From: a virus | UHGV virus genome: UHGV-0038495 | Reading direction: 5' to 3' (one strand) | Length of the DNA stretch: 64,000 bases | In this document: positions 1-8,133 of the stretch, in pieces | Numbering within the stretch: the first letter of the stretch is position 1 | How the letters are laid out: each line of letters starts with the position of its first letter | Position numbers and translations under genes: made by a program | The notes under the pieces: model-generated | The model's input: only the letters and a program-made list of their open reading frames with translations | What the model was told of the DNA's origin: nothing | The model's database searches: none

Positions 1-142
1 TTATTACATTATTACTTTTTCCAATTTTAGTAAATATCCACTCATCATTTTCGTTATACATATTAATTATGTATACTTTTCTTCATTGTTCCCCTCTTGT
101 AATTATATATTAACACAAGAGAGGAATAATGTCAAGCACTTT

Positions 143-616
143 TTACAGATTTTTTGATTCAGAAACAAAATATTTTACAGTTCCATATTTTTTCAATACT
201 TCTTTTACTTGCACGCTTTCCTCTTTCGTAGCGCAATAGAAATTGAAAATAATATATTTATTCACATCAATATAATTAAATGATAAATCTTTATTTTCAC
301 ATTCTTCTATAAGCGCGCCCGCCTCATTCCACTTGCATGTAGCTTCAACTTTCCATAGCTTTGTTTTTTCTGCGCGTTCTTCGCACCACTTAACAAGGAA
401 TACGCCCACGACATTACAAGCGGCGGTTACAGCGACTTTTTGCCACATCGGGAAGTCTGCTACAGTATATATTAAAACAATGTTATAATAGCCGTAATAG
501 ACCGCGGAACTAATAGAGGCTAACCACTTCCCACCATTTACGGTGAGGAGTGATTTTATAGTTGATGCGATAACGTTTATAATTGTTAAGATTGTAAATA
601 TAATTAATAGTTTCAT
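143..616 (-). CDS. Membrane protein with three N-terminal TM helices and a Cys-containing C-terminal cytoplasmic domain (holin-like or unknown)
   Basis: 157-aa ORF. Hydrophobic segments LLIIFTILTIINVIASTI, WLASISSAVYYGYYNIVLIYTV and VAVTAACNVVGVFLV, then a charged tail with CEERAE and FYCATKEE. Confidence 0.4.
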   Translation of the reverse strand: MKLLIIFTILTIINVIASTIKSLLTVNGGKWLASISSAVYYGYYNIVLIYTVADFPMWQKVAVTAACNVVGVFLVKWCEERAEKTKLWKVEATCKWNEAGALIEECENKDLSFNYIDVNKYIIFNFYCATKEESVQVKEVLKKYGTVKYFVSESKNL

Positions 617-623
617 TATCTGC

Positions 624-983
624 CTACTTTCTGTATTTGTTCCAATCTACTGAGATTAAACCTTTTGAAAGATTGAAAGTGTTCTTTTCTTCCTGTAAAA
701 GTTTTTCGATAATCTCAGAATATCCCCACGTGATTAATCCCTTATTCAAAGGAACGTTTTCAACAATGATTTTGATATTCGGCTGATATTCTACGTCAAC
801 AAGTGACGTTATATAATATGAATCAATAATTGATTCAAGAACTTGAATAAATTCTTCATAGGAAGTTGGCTTGTAGGTCGCGCTTTCCAGTAAATCATTA
901 AATCTAAAATATTTACTTGCGCCTACATATCTTTTTCCTTTTGTATCCTCTACATAAATTTCTGTCTGTGTTAGTTTATTCAT
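624..983 (-). CDS. Hypothetical protein
   Basis: 119-aa ORF tightly packed with the neighbouring minus-strand genes. No motif recognised. Confidence 0.4.
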   Translation of the reverse strand: MNKLTQTEIYVEDTKGKRYVGASKYFRFNDLLESATYKPTSYEEFIQVLESIIDSYYITSLVDVEYQPNIKIIVENVPLNKGLITWGYSEIIEKLLQEEKNTFNLSKGLISVDWNKYRK

Positions 984-1066
984 TTTTTTTGTTTTCCTCC
1001 TTTAACTGTCTTTATTATACTACAGGTCGCGCACAATGTCAATAAAAAAAGTGGTATTTCTACCAC

Positions 1067-1429
1067 TTATTTTTTACGTATTTTTGATACAACTATTTTG
1101 AAAGTATCTGCGCCAATATTTAACAACATTGTGTTTGTAGTCTTTTCAGGGCGCGTGATTGCGTCTGTACGGTCTTTCAGCGCGTCTGTAATAGCCTGCA
1201 TCAGACTTTCGCGCGTAGGGTCTATTTTTAGAGGTCTTTCAGCTTTTTTACCGTTTGGCGCGACTATCTTAACAGTTTTACGCATCTGCTTTTCAACTTT
1301 CTTTTGTTCGTCTGATAGTTCAAACAGTTTCGCGCCACGGTCAATTTCCTTGTCAGCCTCAATAATTTCCCGTGCCTCTTCTTCTGAAATGTCAAGGGTT
1401 TTCATTAACTTTTCAATTTCTTTGTTCAT
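1067..1429 (-). CDS. Cassette protein B, copy 1 (paralog of 4035..4421), unknown function
   Basis: 120 aa. Shares EIDRGAKLFELSDEQKKVEKQMRKTVKIVAPNGKK with 4035..4421 (EIDKGAKLFELTEEQKAVEKKMRKTVKAVAPNGKK). Confidence 0.5.
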   Translation of the reverse strand: MNKEIEKLMKTLDISEEEAREIIEADKEIDRGAKLFELSDEQKKVEKQMRKTVKIVAPNGKKAERPLKIDPTRESLMQAITDALKDRTDAITRPEKTTNTMLLNIGADTFKIVVSKIRKK

Positions 1430-1500
1430 TAATTCACCTCTTGTTTTTTAAAGGGTGAGCTTTTACACTCACCCCGGTTGTTTGACATTTTAATTATTAA

Positions 1501-1863
1501 TTACACAAGTTTAAAGGTCGTTGTCTTGCCATCTTTTTCACGGAATAATCTTCCATCTTCTACAGCAGGTTTGATTACAGAATTTAACTTCTGACTGGTA
1601 AGTATTCCCAGCTTGTCAAATTCAGCACGATGCGCAACTAATATTTCAGTTAGTGTATTTGGAGCGTCATTAAACAGGACAAGCACCTTTTCAAGTAATT
1701 CCGTGTTTTCTTCTGTTTTCTTCTTGCTTACACTCTTGCCCTTCTTATCAAGTGCAGTAAGAATATCCTTGAGCTTGTCAATAATTTCATCTGAAACTAT
1801 TTCCTTACCTTCGATAGCCTTAATAGTAATTTCCATAGCCTTTTTCTGTGTCATCTTTTCCAT
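1501..1863 (-). CDS. Cassette protein A, copy 1 (paralog of 4490..4864), unknown function
   Basis: 120 aa. C-terminus LGILTSQKLNSVIKPAVEDGRLFREKDGKTTTFKLV is nearly identical to that of 4490..4864. Confidence 0.5.
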   Translation of the reverse strand: MEKMTQKKAMEITIKAIEGKEIVSDEIIDKLKDILTALDKKGKSVSKKKTEENTELLEKVLVLFNDAPNTLTEILVAHRAEFDKLGILTSQKLNSVIKPAVEDGRLFREKDGKTTTFKLV

Positions 1864-2551
1864 TAATTTGTCCTTTTCTCTGTTTTACCGTCTTTCTCAG
1901 CTGACTTTGTTTTGCTCCCCTTTTGTACTTATATATTAACATAGGTTTAAGGGTTTGTCAATACCTTTTTTAAACTTTTTTGAAGAGGTTTATTTGTTTT
2001 CTTTCTCTCTTGTTTGTACTATAATAATAACAAATTTTTTGCTTTTTTGCAAGCGTTTTTGAAAAATTTTGTGTATTTTTTATGTATTTTGTATACTTTT
2101 TGTTAAATTTTTAACAATCTTTGGCGCTTTAACGCATTAAAATTGTATTTTTTTATGAGATTAAAGAACATGTATATAATTTTCAGATTGCATACAATCT
2201 TTTTGCATTAAAACATGTATACAATTTCGCTTCACAAGTGAATTATTGCATATGTCAATAGTTTCGGGTGAAATAATTGTCATGCTAATAGTTTGCTTGT
2301 CCAAGCAAATAATTCACAAGTGAAGTTTCAGTTAAATCCCTCGCTGTGACGACCGTGCCCTTTGGGCGTCACAGCGAGGGCCAGTGCTCCCAAGAACATG
2401 TGTTCGTAAACGCCTGTTCATGCTCCCGGTGCTCCCGAACATTCGTTCGTTCGTGCTCCCGCTTTAGTAGAGTAAAGTATTAAAGGACTAAAGTGATGCT
2501 CCCAACACTTTACCGCAATAGAGTGATAAAGTAGTGGGAGCATTTCACTTA
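1864..2551. repeat. Repeat-rich noncoding regulatory region, copy 1 of 3 paralogous regions
   Basis: No ORF. Contains AACATGTATACAA motifs, TTCACAAGTGAA motifs at 2232 and 2316, AATAGTTTCGGG at about 2258, five or more copies of TGCTCCC, TAAAGTG repeats and a GC-rich hairpin at 2339..2379. Confidence 0.6.
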
Positions 2552-2875
2552 TTAATAGTTTAAACCTGTAACGATATTCAGCATTGCGTCAATTTGTTCG
2601 TTGTCAAGACAATCATTGTAGAAACGAATATTTATTTCATTAATTAATATTGTAACTTTTATGTTATAAATTATATCTTTTAAATCGTGAACTTTTAAAA
2701 AGTTATTAGATAACATTATAATTGTTGTGTTGTCACTGTTGTCTATAACAAATAAATCATTGTTAATGATTTCAAAATTATAATCATTGTTACCTATTGC
2801 ATTTTCAACCGCTTGTGCTATTTCATAAATGTTTAAATGTTTATTTATTTCATTAATAATATTTATATTATTCAT
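2552..2875 (-). CDS. Small acidic hypothetical protein
   Basis: 107 aa, rich in D, E and N. Positioned in the early region. Confidence 0.4.
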   Translation of the reverse strand: MNNINIINEINKHLNIYEIAQAVENAIGNNDYNFEIINNDLFVIDNSDNTTIIMLSNNFLKVHDLKDIIYNIKVTILINEINIRFYNDCLDNEQIDAMLNIVTGLNY

Positions 2876-2892
2876 TATATTTATCTCCTGTA

Positions 2893-3234
2893 TTAATCTT
2901 CAAGATTTTCTATTGTTTTAGTTATTTCTTTAAACTTATCTTCTGAAATATTGTTATTGTCAAGGAATATTTCAAAATTACGAACTAACATTTTCGCACG
3001 AATAAAGCTCATTGCATCTTCTACATTGCCGAATGTATAATCGTTATCATATTCCCAAACTATTCTTATTACATCATTAATTGAATTAATACATAAAAAT
3101 TCGTTATCCCATTCATATGCATCAACAATTGATAGTTTTTTTTCTTCACTTTCAAATATTATATTGTAATCGTCTGTGATAATATCTATTATCTTATTAA
3201 ATAATTCTTTGAGATTTTTTCTATCTATATTCAT
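2893..3234 (-). CDS. Small acidic hypothetical protein
   Basis: 113 aa with many D/E residues (EWDNEFL, WEYDNDYTF). Confidence 0.4.
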   Translation of the reverse strand: MNIDRKNLKELFNKIIDIITDDYNIIFESEEKKLSIVDAYEWDNEFLCINSINDVIRIVWEYDNDYTFGNVEDAMSFIRAKMLVRNFEIFLDNNNISEDKFKEITKTIENLED

Positions 3235-3261
3235 ATACTTTTGTCTCCATTTCTTTTATAA

Positions 3262-3290
3262 GGCGGCTTTGCTGTAGCCGCCTTATTTTC
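3262..3290. terminator. Hairpin ggcggctttgctgtagccgcc followed by a T-rich tract (putative intrinsic terminator)
   Basis: Perfect 7-bp GC stem followed by ttattttc. Lies downstream of the minus-strand exonuclease gene, between it and the next gene. Confidence 0.35.
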
Positions 3291-3318
3291 ATTAGCAATA
3301 TTTTTCTCTTATATCTTA

Positions 3319-4026
3319 TTAAAGTTCACGACGCATCTTTTTATGTGTACTAAAGCACTTTGCTAATATTTCAGTCTCGATTAAAACGTCCTCTAAACCT
3401 GTGTGACATTCTACATACATTGGATTATTTTCCATATAACGTTTTACTGTTTCCGCCTTTACTTGCGCCCGTGGTGTTTTATGTTTTGTAATGTTGCCAT
3501 GCATAAAACAAAACTGCTGATATGTTGGGCGTTTATACAATGTATCCTGTGTCATTTTCATAATATCCCAAACAGGGTAATTCTTTAATATTGGCGGAGT
3601 CCAGTATTTACCACTCAAATAATTATTAGTTCTACAAATTGCGCCTACATCAAATCTTGCATTATAGGCACAAATTGCACGTATGCCCCAGTACTCTGCC
3701 CGTTCCTGTAAATGAAAAATTAATTCAGTCCAGTTACAAACTATATGGATACCATGTTCAATATCTTCTATATAATCCGCCCGCTTATCTGCAAAATAAC
3801 ATGAACGTATACGTTCAATTTCATCATAAAAAATATCTTTTACGATGTATGAGCCAGTTTCATATATGCGCCCTTTCTTATCTGTGATTGCATATCCCAA
3901 ATCATATACAAGCATGTTTGTACCTCTAACCGCCTGTATTGATTCGTCATATGTTGCGGTTTCCGTATCAACAACCATATAATACGTACAGCGGTTATCT
4001 TTTTTTAAAATTGGATTATAAAACAT
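3319..4026 (-). CDS. DEDDh-family 3'-5' exonuclease (DnaQ/RNase T-like)
   Basis: Motif I MVVDTETA (D-x-E), motif II YNARFD, motif III H-x4-D in ECHTGLEDVLIETE. 235 aa. Confidence 0.7.
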   Translation of the reverse strand: MFYNPILKKDNRCTYYMVVDTETATYDESIQAVRGTNMLVYDLGYAITDKKGRIYETGSYIVKDIFYDEIERIRSCYFADKRADYIEDIEHGIHIVCNWTELIFHLQERAEYWGIRAICAYNARFDVGAICRTNNYLSGKYWTPPILKNYPVWDIMKMTQDTLYKRPTYQQFCFMHGNITKHKTPRAQVKAETVKRYMENNPMYVECHTGLEDVLIETEILAKCFSTHKKMRREL

Positions 4027-4034
4027 TTAATTAT

Positions 4035-4421
4035 TTACCTTTTCTTTCTTTCTTTTGCAATAGTGACGGTAAAAGTGTCACCGAAAAATTCAAATTTAAT
4101 TTTGTTAGTTGTGCGTGGCGGTCGTTCGATATTCTCAATTGAGAATTTTTTATTGAATAACTCAATTATTGAAACTAACAATTTTTCCCTATTGTCATCA
4201 ATTTTCAACTCACGCTGAACCTTTTTCCCGTTTGGTGCTACAGCTTTTACAGTTTTACGCATCTTTTTTTCAACAGCTTTCTGTTCTTCTGTAAGTTCAA
4301 ATAACTTTGCGCCCTTGTCAATCTCTGCGTCTGATTGCAATATCTCAATCGCTTCTTCTTTTGACACGTCAAGCGATTGCATCAGATTAACAATCTGTTT
4401 TTCATCGTATTTACTTCTCAA
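4035..4421 (-). CDS. Cassette protein B, copy 2 (paralog of 1067..1429)
   Basis: 128 aa. Conserved block EIDKGAKLFELTEEQKAVEKKMRKTVKAVAPNGKK. Confidence 0.5.
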   Translation of the reverse strand: MRSKYDEKQIVNLMQSLDVSKEEAIEILQSDAEIDKGAKLFELTEEQKAVEKKMRKTVKAVAPNGKKVQRELKIDDNREKLLVSIIELFNKKFSIENIERPPRTTNKIKFEFFGDTFTVTIAKERKKR

Positions 4422-4489
4422 TGTGCTTGTATCCTTTTAATAGGTGGGAGCTTTACAGCTCCCGACCTTTAAAGTGATAACGATTAAAC

Positions 4490-4864
4490 TTACTTTACAA
4501 GTCTGAATGTCGTTGTCTTGCCGTCTTTCTCTCTGAAAATACGACCATCTTCTACGGCTGGACGGATAACGGCATTTAACTTCTGACTTGTTAAAATGCC
4601 CAGTTCGTCGAACTGTTCACGGTTGGCGGTCAACAGCTCTGTCAATGTATTCGGCGCGTCTGTGAATAATGGAAGCACTTTTTCAAGTAATTCCGCATTG
4701 GCATTGCTTGCACGCTTGCTTGTGGCGTTTGCTTTCTTTTCTAACGCCGTCTTGATATCAATTAACTTTTCAAGTACTTCATTAGTGATTTTTGATGTGT
4801 CACTATTTTTGATAGCGTCAATAGCAATATTGAGTGCTTTTACCTGTGTCATCTTGTTTGTCAT
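4490..4864 (-). CDS. Cassette protein A, copy 2 (paralog of 1501..1863)
   Basis: 124 aa. LGILTSQKLNAVIRPAVEDGRIFREKDGKTTTFRLVK. Confidence 0.5.
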   Translation of the reverse strand: MTNKMTQVKALNIAIDAIKNSDTSKITNEVLEKLIDIKTALEKKANATSKRASNANAELLEKVLPLFTDAPNTLTELLTANREQFDELGILTSQKLNAVIRPAVEDGRIFREKDGKTTTFRLVK

Positions 4865-5942
4865 AATTTACCATTCCTCTCGGTTTTATAGTCTTGTTAC
4901 CTGACTTTTAAACATTTTTAAATTCTATCAAGTTCCCTTGACACTTATTATTTTAAAGCATTTAAGTAAGATTGCCAAGCACTTTTTTTCATTCTTAAGA
5001 ACTTGTCTTCATCTCCCGATGTATTCCCGTTCTCAAGAACAATTATAGTATAGACTAATGCGGGCGTAATGTCAATCAAAAATAGTATGTATATTGTATA
5101 CATGAAAGTACGGGAGCATCTTCACTTGTGAATGATCTGCTGCGGCAATTGTTCGTATGGTCAAGGTTTTCGTGCTCCGATCATTGATCCAGTCAATAGT
5201 TCACTTGTTAAATGCTCCCGGAGCACGACAAACAACTGTTCTGCATATCAGTTCGTTTTTTGCTCCATCGGGAGCATTGTATTTTGTATGTTGCATATTG
5301 TATACACGACCGGACATACCGTTGACCCTGCCAATTATTGCGCTCTTCCACTTTAATGTACTAAAGCGAAATTTAAAACATGTATACAATTCTTAAATCG
5401 TATACAATCCGCATGATTGTATATATGTTTTAAATTTCGCTTTAGTACATTAACGCTTTAGCGTAGTAAAGCGCTGAAGAGGGAGTTTATAGTTTTCACT
5501 TTAGTACACTAAAGCGTTAGTGCTTTACTATGCTAAAGTGTTTGAAGAGGTCAATAGTTTCGGGCAGCAACTATTAACAAGTTCACTATGCACTTGTTAA
5601 TTTAAAAATTGATAATTCACTTGTTAAGTAAATGCCTCGCTGTGCCGGTCAAAGGACACAACCGGCACAGCGAGGCTCACGGACCACGCTTTAAAGTGCT
5701 AAAGTGGTAAAGCGCAATTATTTCAAATGAAATTATTAACATTATCAATTATTTCACACGCAATAGAAGAAGATACTAATAGTTTCATTTGAAATAATTG
5801 ACCGCGCGAACAGTTGAATTTTGCTGCGTCGCGCGATTGTATACATGTTTTCTTTGCTCTTGTTTGTATACATGTTTAAAAAAAGATTCACATTTTAATC
5901 TTTGCTCTTGTATGGAACTAATTAAAATGTGAATCTTTAAAT
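4865..5942. repeat. Repeat-rich noncoding regulatory region, copy 2 of 3
   Basis: No ORF of 60 aa or more apart from short overlapping artefacts. TTCACTTGT(G/T)AA motifs at 5127, 5200, 5592 and 5618; AACATGTATACAA at 5376 and 5833; GCTCC/GGGAGC inverted repeats at 5209 and 5263; TAAAGCG/TAAAGTG repeats; AATAGTTTCGGG at 5552; GC hairpin at 5634..5676. Confidence 0.6.
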
Positions 5943-6191
5943 TTATTCTAATGAATAACTACAAATATTTACTTCTTCATCAATATAACATTCTTTTTCT
6001 TCTTTAGGAATAAATCTTTCTAAAATCTGCATACAACAATGGTTTTCCATAAAATCCCAATCTGATTCATTATATTCCTCTTCGTCAGTTTCCCATAATT
6101 TTAAATATCTTAATTCTTCTTTTGTCAACTCTTCAAGCGGAATTGTTATTTTTTTTGTGATTGTATATTCTAATACTAATGGTTTTTTCAT
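5943..6191 (-). CDS. Small acidic Cys-containing hypothetical protein
   Basis: 82-aa ORF immediately downstream (minus sense) of regulatory region 2. Confidence 0.35.
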   Translation of the reverse strand: MKKPLVLEYTITKKITIPLEELTKEELRYLKLWETDEEEYNESDWDFMENHCCMQILERFIPKEEKECYIDEEVNICSYSLE

Positions 6192-6213
6192 TTTTTTTTA
6201 CTCCTTTATAAAT

Positions 6214-6402
6214 CTATTTTTTAGCAAACTTCATTAATTTATTTCTTAATTTTTCATATTTGATTAATTCCTTAAGATTATCTTGTGTTTCCTTGAACTC
6301 TTTAACTAAATCCATTTTATCTTTTTTAGTTGCTATTTTAATTAATAAGTTATAATATTTTATAACTATTTTTAGTATCAAAATATTTATTTTACTTTTC
6401 AT
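6214..6402 (-). CDS. Small lysine-rich hypothetical protein
   Basis: 62-aa ORF packed between flanking genes. Confidence 0.3.
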   Translation of the reverse strand: MKSKINILILKIVIKYYNLLIKIATKKDKMDLVKEFKETQDNLKELIKYEKLRNKLMKFAKK

Positions 6403-6469
6403 TTTTAAATTCCTCCTGTTTTATTTGATAATTAATTATATCGCATTATTAAAGACTTGTCAAGTTATT

Positions 6470-6715
6470 TTATAATAATAACCCCATTAACTCACAGATT
6501 ATTTTTTCAGGTTCTGTGGTTATTCCTGCATATAATATATGCTCTTTTACTGCGTGACTGTAATATGTTACAACCAACTTATTATTTTTATATGTTACGG
6601 TCATAACCGCAGGGTTGTTAATTCCCATAATAGTTATCCTGTCGGCGCCCTCATTTACAAGAGCGCCCATCTGTATAGCTGTGATATTTAAAATTTCCAT
6701 GTTCATTTTTTTCAC
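6470..6715 (-). CDS. Hypothetical protein
   Basis: 81-aa ORF. A ggagg-like RBS precedes the start on the minus strand. Confidence 0.35.
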   Translation of the reverse strand: MKKMNMEILNITAIQMGALVNEGADRITIMGINNPAVMTVTYKNNKLVVTYYSHAVKEHILYAGITTEPEKIICELMGLLL

Positions 6716-6768
6716 CTCCTTTTACTGAGCGGCGGTTTTGCTTGCCGCCCTTAACTATCTTTATTGTA

Positions 6769-7257
6769 CTATAGGTTTATATATTTGTCAATATATTTTT
6801 TCAATTTTTCTATTAAGTTTTTTTCGTCCTCTGCATGACCGCCTTTTACAATCCAGTTAGATCTGTTTTGTTTTTCATCGTCAAATAATATGTCATTTTC
6901 TGACAATTTACCTATTGCATCGGCTTTATCTGTTCCATAAGGAACAATTATATATTTATCTATTAAATGGTAATCTAAACCATTTTTGGCTAACCATCTG
7001 ATTTTGGCGTATCTTGTTTTTCTATTGTATTCTGTTGTTCCGTGTTTTGCCGTCCAACTAATAATATTTACACTGTTAATTATTGGATTCTGTAGTAATT
7101 CTTTTAATTGTTCCATATCCACCATAGGTTTGCAAAATTCATATGGTGCGATTGATTCAAGGGTTAAATGCCTTAACCAGTCTTTATATTCGTATAGGTT
7201 GGCAATAGTGCCGTCCATATCAAAGTAGATATTTAATTTTTTCATTTTTAAAACCAT
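6769..7257 (-). CDS. HAD-superfamily 5'(3')-deoxyribonucleotidase-like phosphatase
   Basis: Motif I IYFDMDGTIAN (DxDGT). Downstream LFDDEKQN resembles the HAD motif IV acidic pair. The size of 162 aa fits the NT5C-like family. Confidence 0.65.
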   Translation of the reverse strand: MVLKMKKLNIYFDMDGTIANLYEYKDWLRHLTLESIAPYEFCKPMVDMEQLKELLQNPIINSVNIISWTAKHGTTEYNRKTRYAKIRWLAKNGLDYHLIDKYIIVPYGTDKADAIGKLSENDILFDDEKQNRSNWIVKGGHAEDEKNLIEKLKKYIDKYINL

Positions 7258-7329
7258 CCTTTTTTATTTTATTTTAACATATAAAATTATAAAATGCAAT
7301 AGTGAAATTGAATCCAGTACATGTATACA

Positions 7330-7395
7330 ATTATCAATTTAAAAAATAAAAAACTCAATTTAAAAAATAAAATAATCAATTTAAAATAAAAACAA
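7330..7395. repeat. Three tandem roughly 21-bp AT-rich direct repeats (tcaatttaaaaaataaaa)
   Basis: Copies begin near 7334, 7355 and 7376. Confidence 0.5.
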
Positions 7396-7418
7396 ATGGT
7401 CTGAAAAAATCAGACCAC
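7384..7418 (-). terminator. Intrinsic terminator for minus-strand gene 7425..7649
   Basis: Hairpin tggtctga/tcagacca with a 7-nt loop, followed on the minus strand by a U-rich tract. Confidence 0.5.
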
Positions 7419-7424
7419 TATACT

Positions 7425-7649
7425 TTAAGATAAATAACAAGTTGTATAACAACTCATTATATAATTGAGGACAAAATCGATTTTATCGTCCTCAGTTGGA
7501 GCATAAACAGTTGCGTTTATGTTCTTAAAAGTGATATTATCACCGTTAAGGACAATGATTTGTTTTAATTCATCCAAATCATATAACACATATATGTTAC
7601 CATCTGTTGTGCTGAAGCCGTTTTCTTCTAATATCATTTTTGCTGTCAT
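7425..7649 (-). CDS. Hypothetical protein
   Basis: 74-aa ORF followed by a terminator. Confidence 0.35.
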   Translation of the reverse strand: MTAKMILEENGFSTTDGNIYVLYDLDELKQIIVLNGDNITFKNINATVYAPTEDDKIDFVLNYIMSCYTTCYLS

Positions 7650-7812
7650 TGCTATTTCTCCTCTTTATGTTTTCTTGATTTAATTTATACCTTATTATAA
7701 CGTTTATTTCTAATGCTGTCAATACATTTTACGAAAAATATTATATATTTTTTTAAAGTATTTTGTATGTTGTATACACAATAGAGCATAAAAAAATAAG
7801 CGGTTTAACCGC

Positions 7813-8133
7813 TTATTCCTGTAAAGTCCATCCGATAACAATGTCATCTGTCATATTGTCAGGCGTTTCATGGTCGCTTAGTTCGACCATATATGTCTTA
7901 CCATCCTCTAATGTGGGATTGTTTATATCCCATATTTCAGAGCCGTAAAATGAGCCGCCCAACTGAGGATGTCCTGGATTGTTTGTATAATATGTACATG
8001 TTTCTGTATATGTGTTTACCTTGCTTTCTGTTGCTTTAAAGGCATAGCCTAAACCGAATGCAATAGCAACAACTAATATTAAACTAATTAACTTTTTCAT
8101 TTTTTTTAAAAACCATCCTTTACTGTTTTTCAA
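7813..8133 (-). CDS. Secreted or membrane-anchored small protein
   Basis: N-terminal KKMKKLISLILVVAIAFGLGYAF is signal-peptide-like. 106 aa. Confidence 0.45.
   Translation of the reverse strand: MKNSKGWFLKKMKKLISLILVVAIAFGLGYAFKATESKVNTYTETCTYYTNNPGHPQLGGSFYGSEIWDINNPTLEDGKTYMVELSDHETPDNMTDDIVIGWTLQE

Noticed and set aside
1098-1939. Plus-strand ORFs 1098..1451 and 1613..1939, and similar ones (3403, 3639, 3939, 4596, 5132, 5157), antisense to minus-strand genes
   Set aside because: They overlap better-supported genes on the opposite strand (the paralogous cassette genes and the exonuclease). They have no RBS, a Ser/Leu/Phe-rich low-complexity composition typical of antisense frames in AT-rich DNA, and do not fit the minus-strand gene block.
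2338-2550. Possible tRNA or tmRNA genes in the GC-rich islands of the regulatory regions, and at 10900-11000
   Set aside because: I could not fold any stretch into a cloverleaf with a T-loop (GTTCRANYC) and matched acceptor stem. The GC islands are simple long hairpins.
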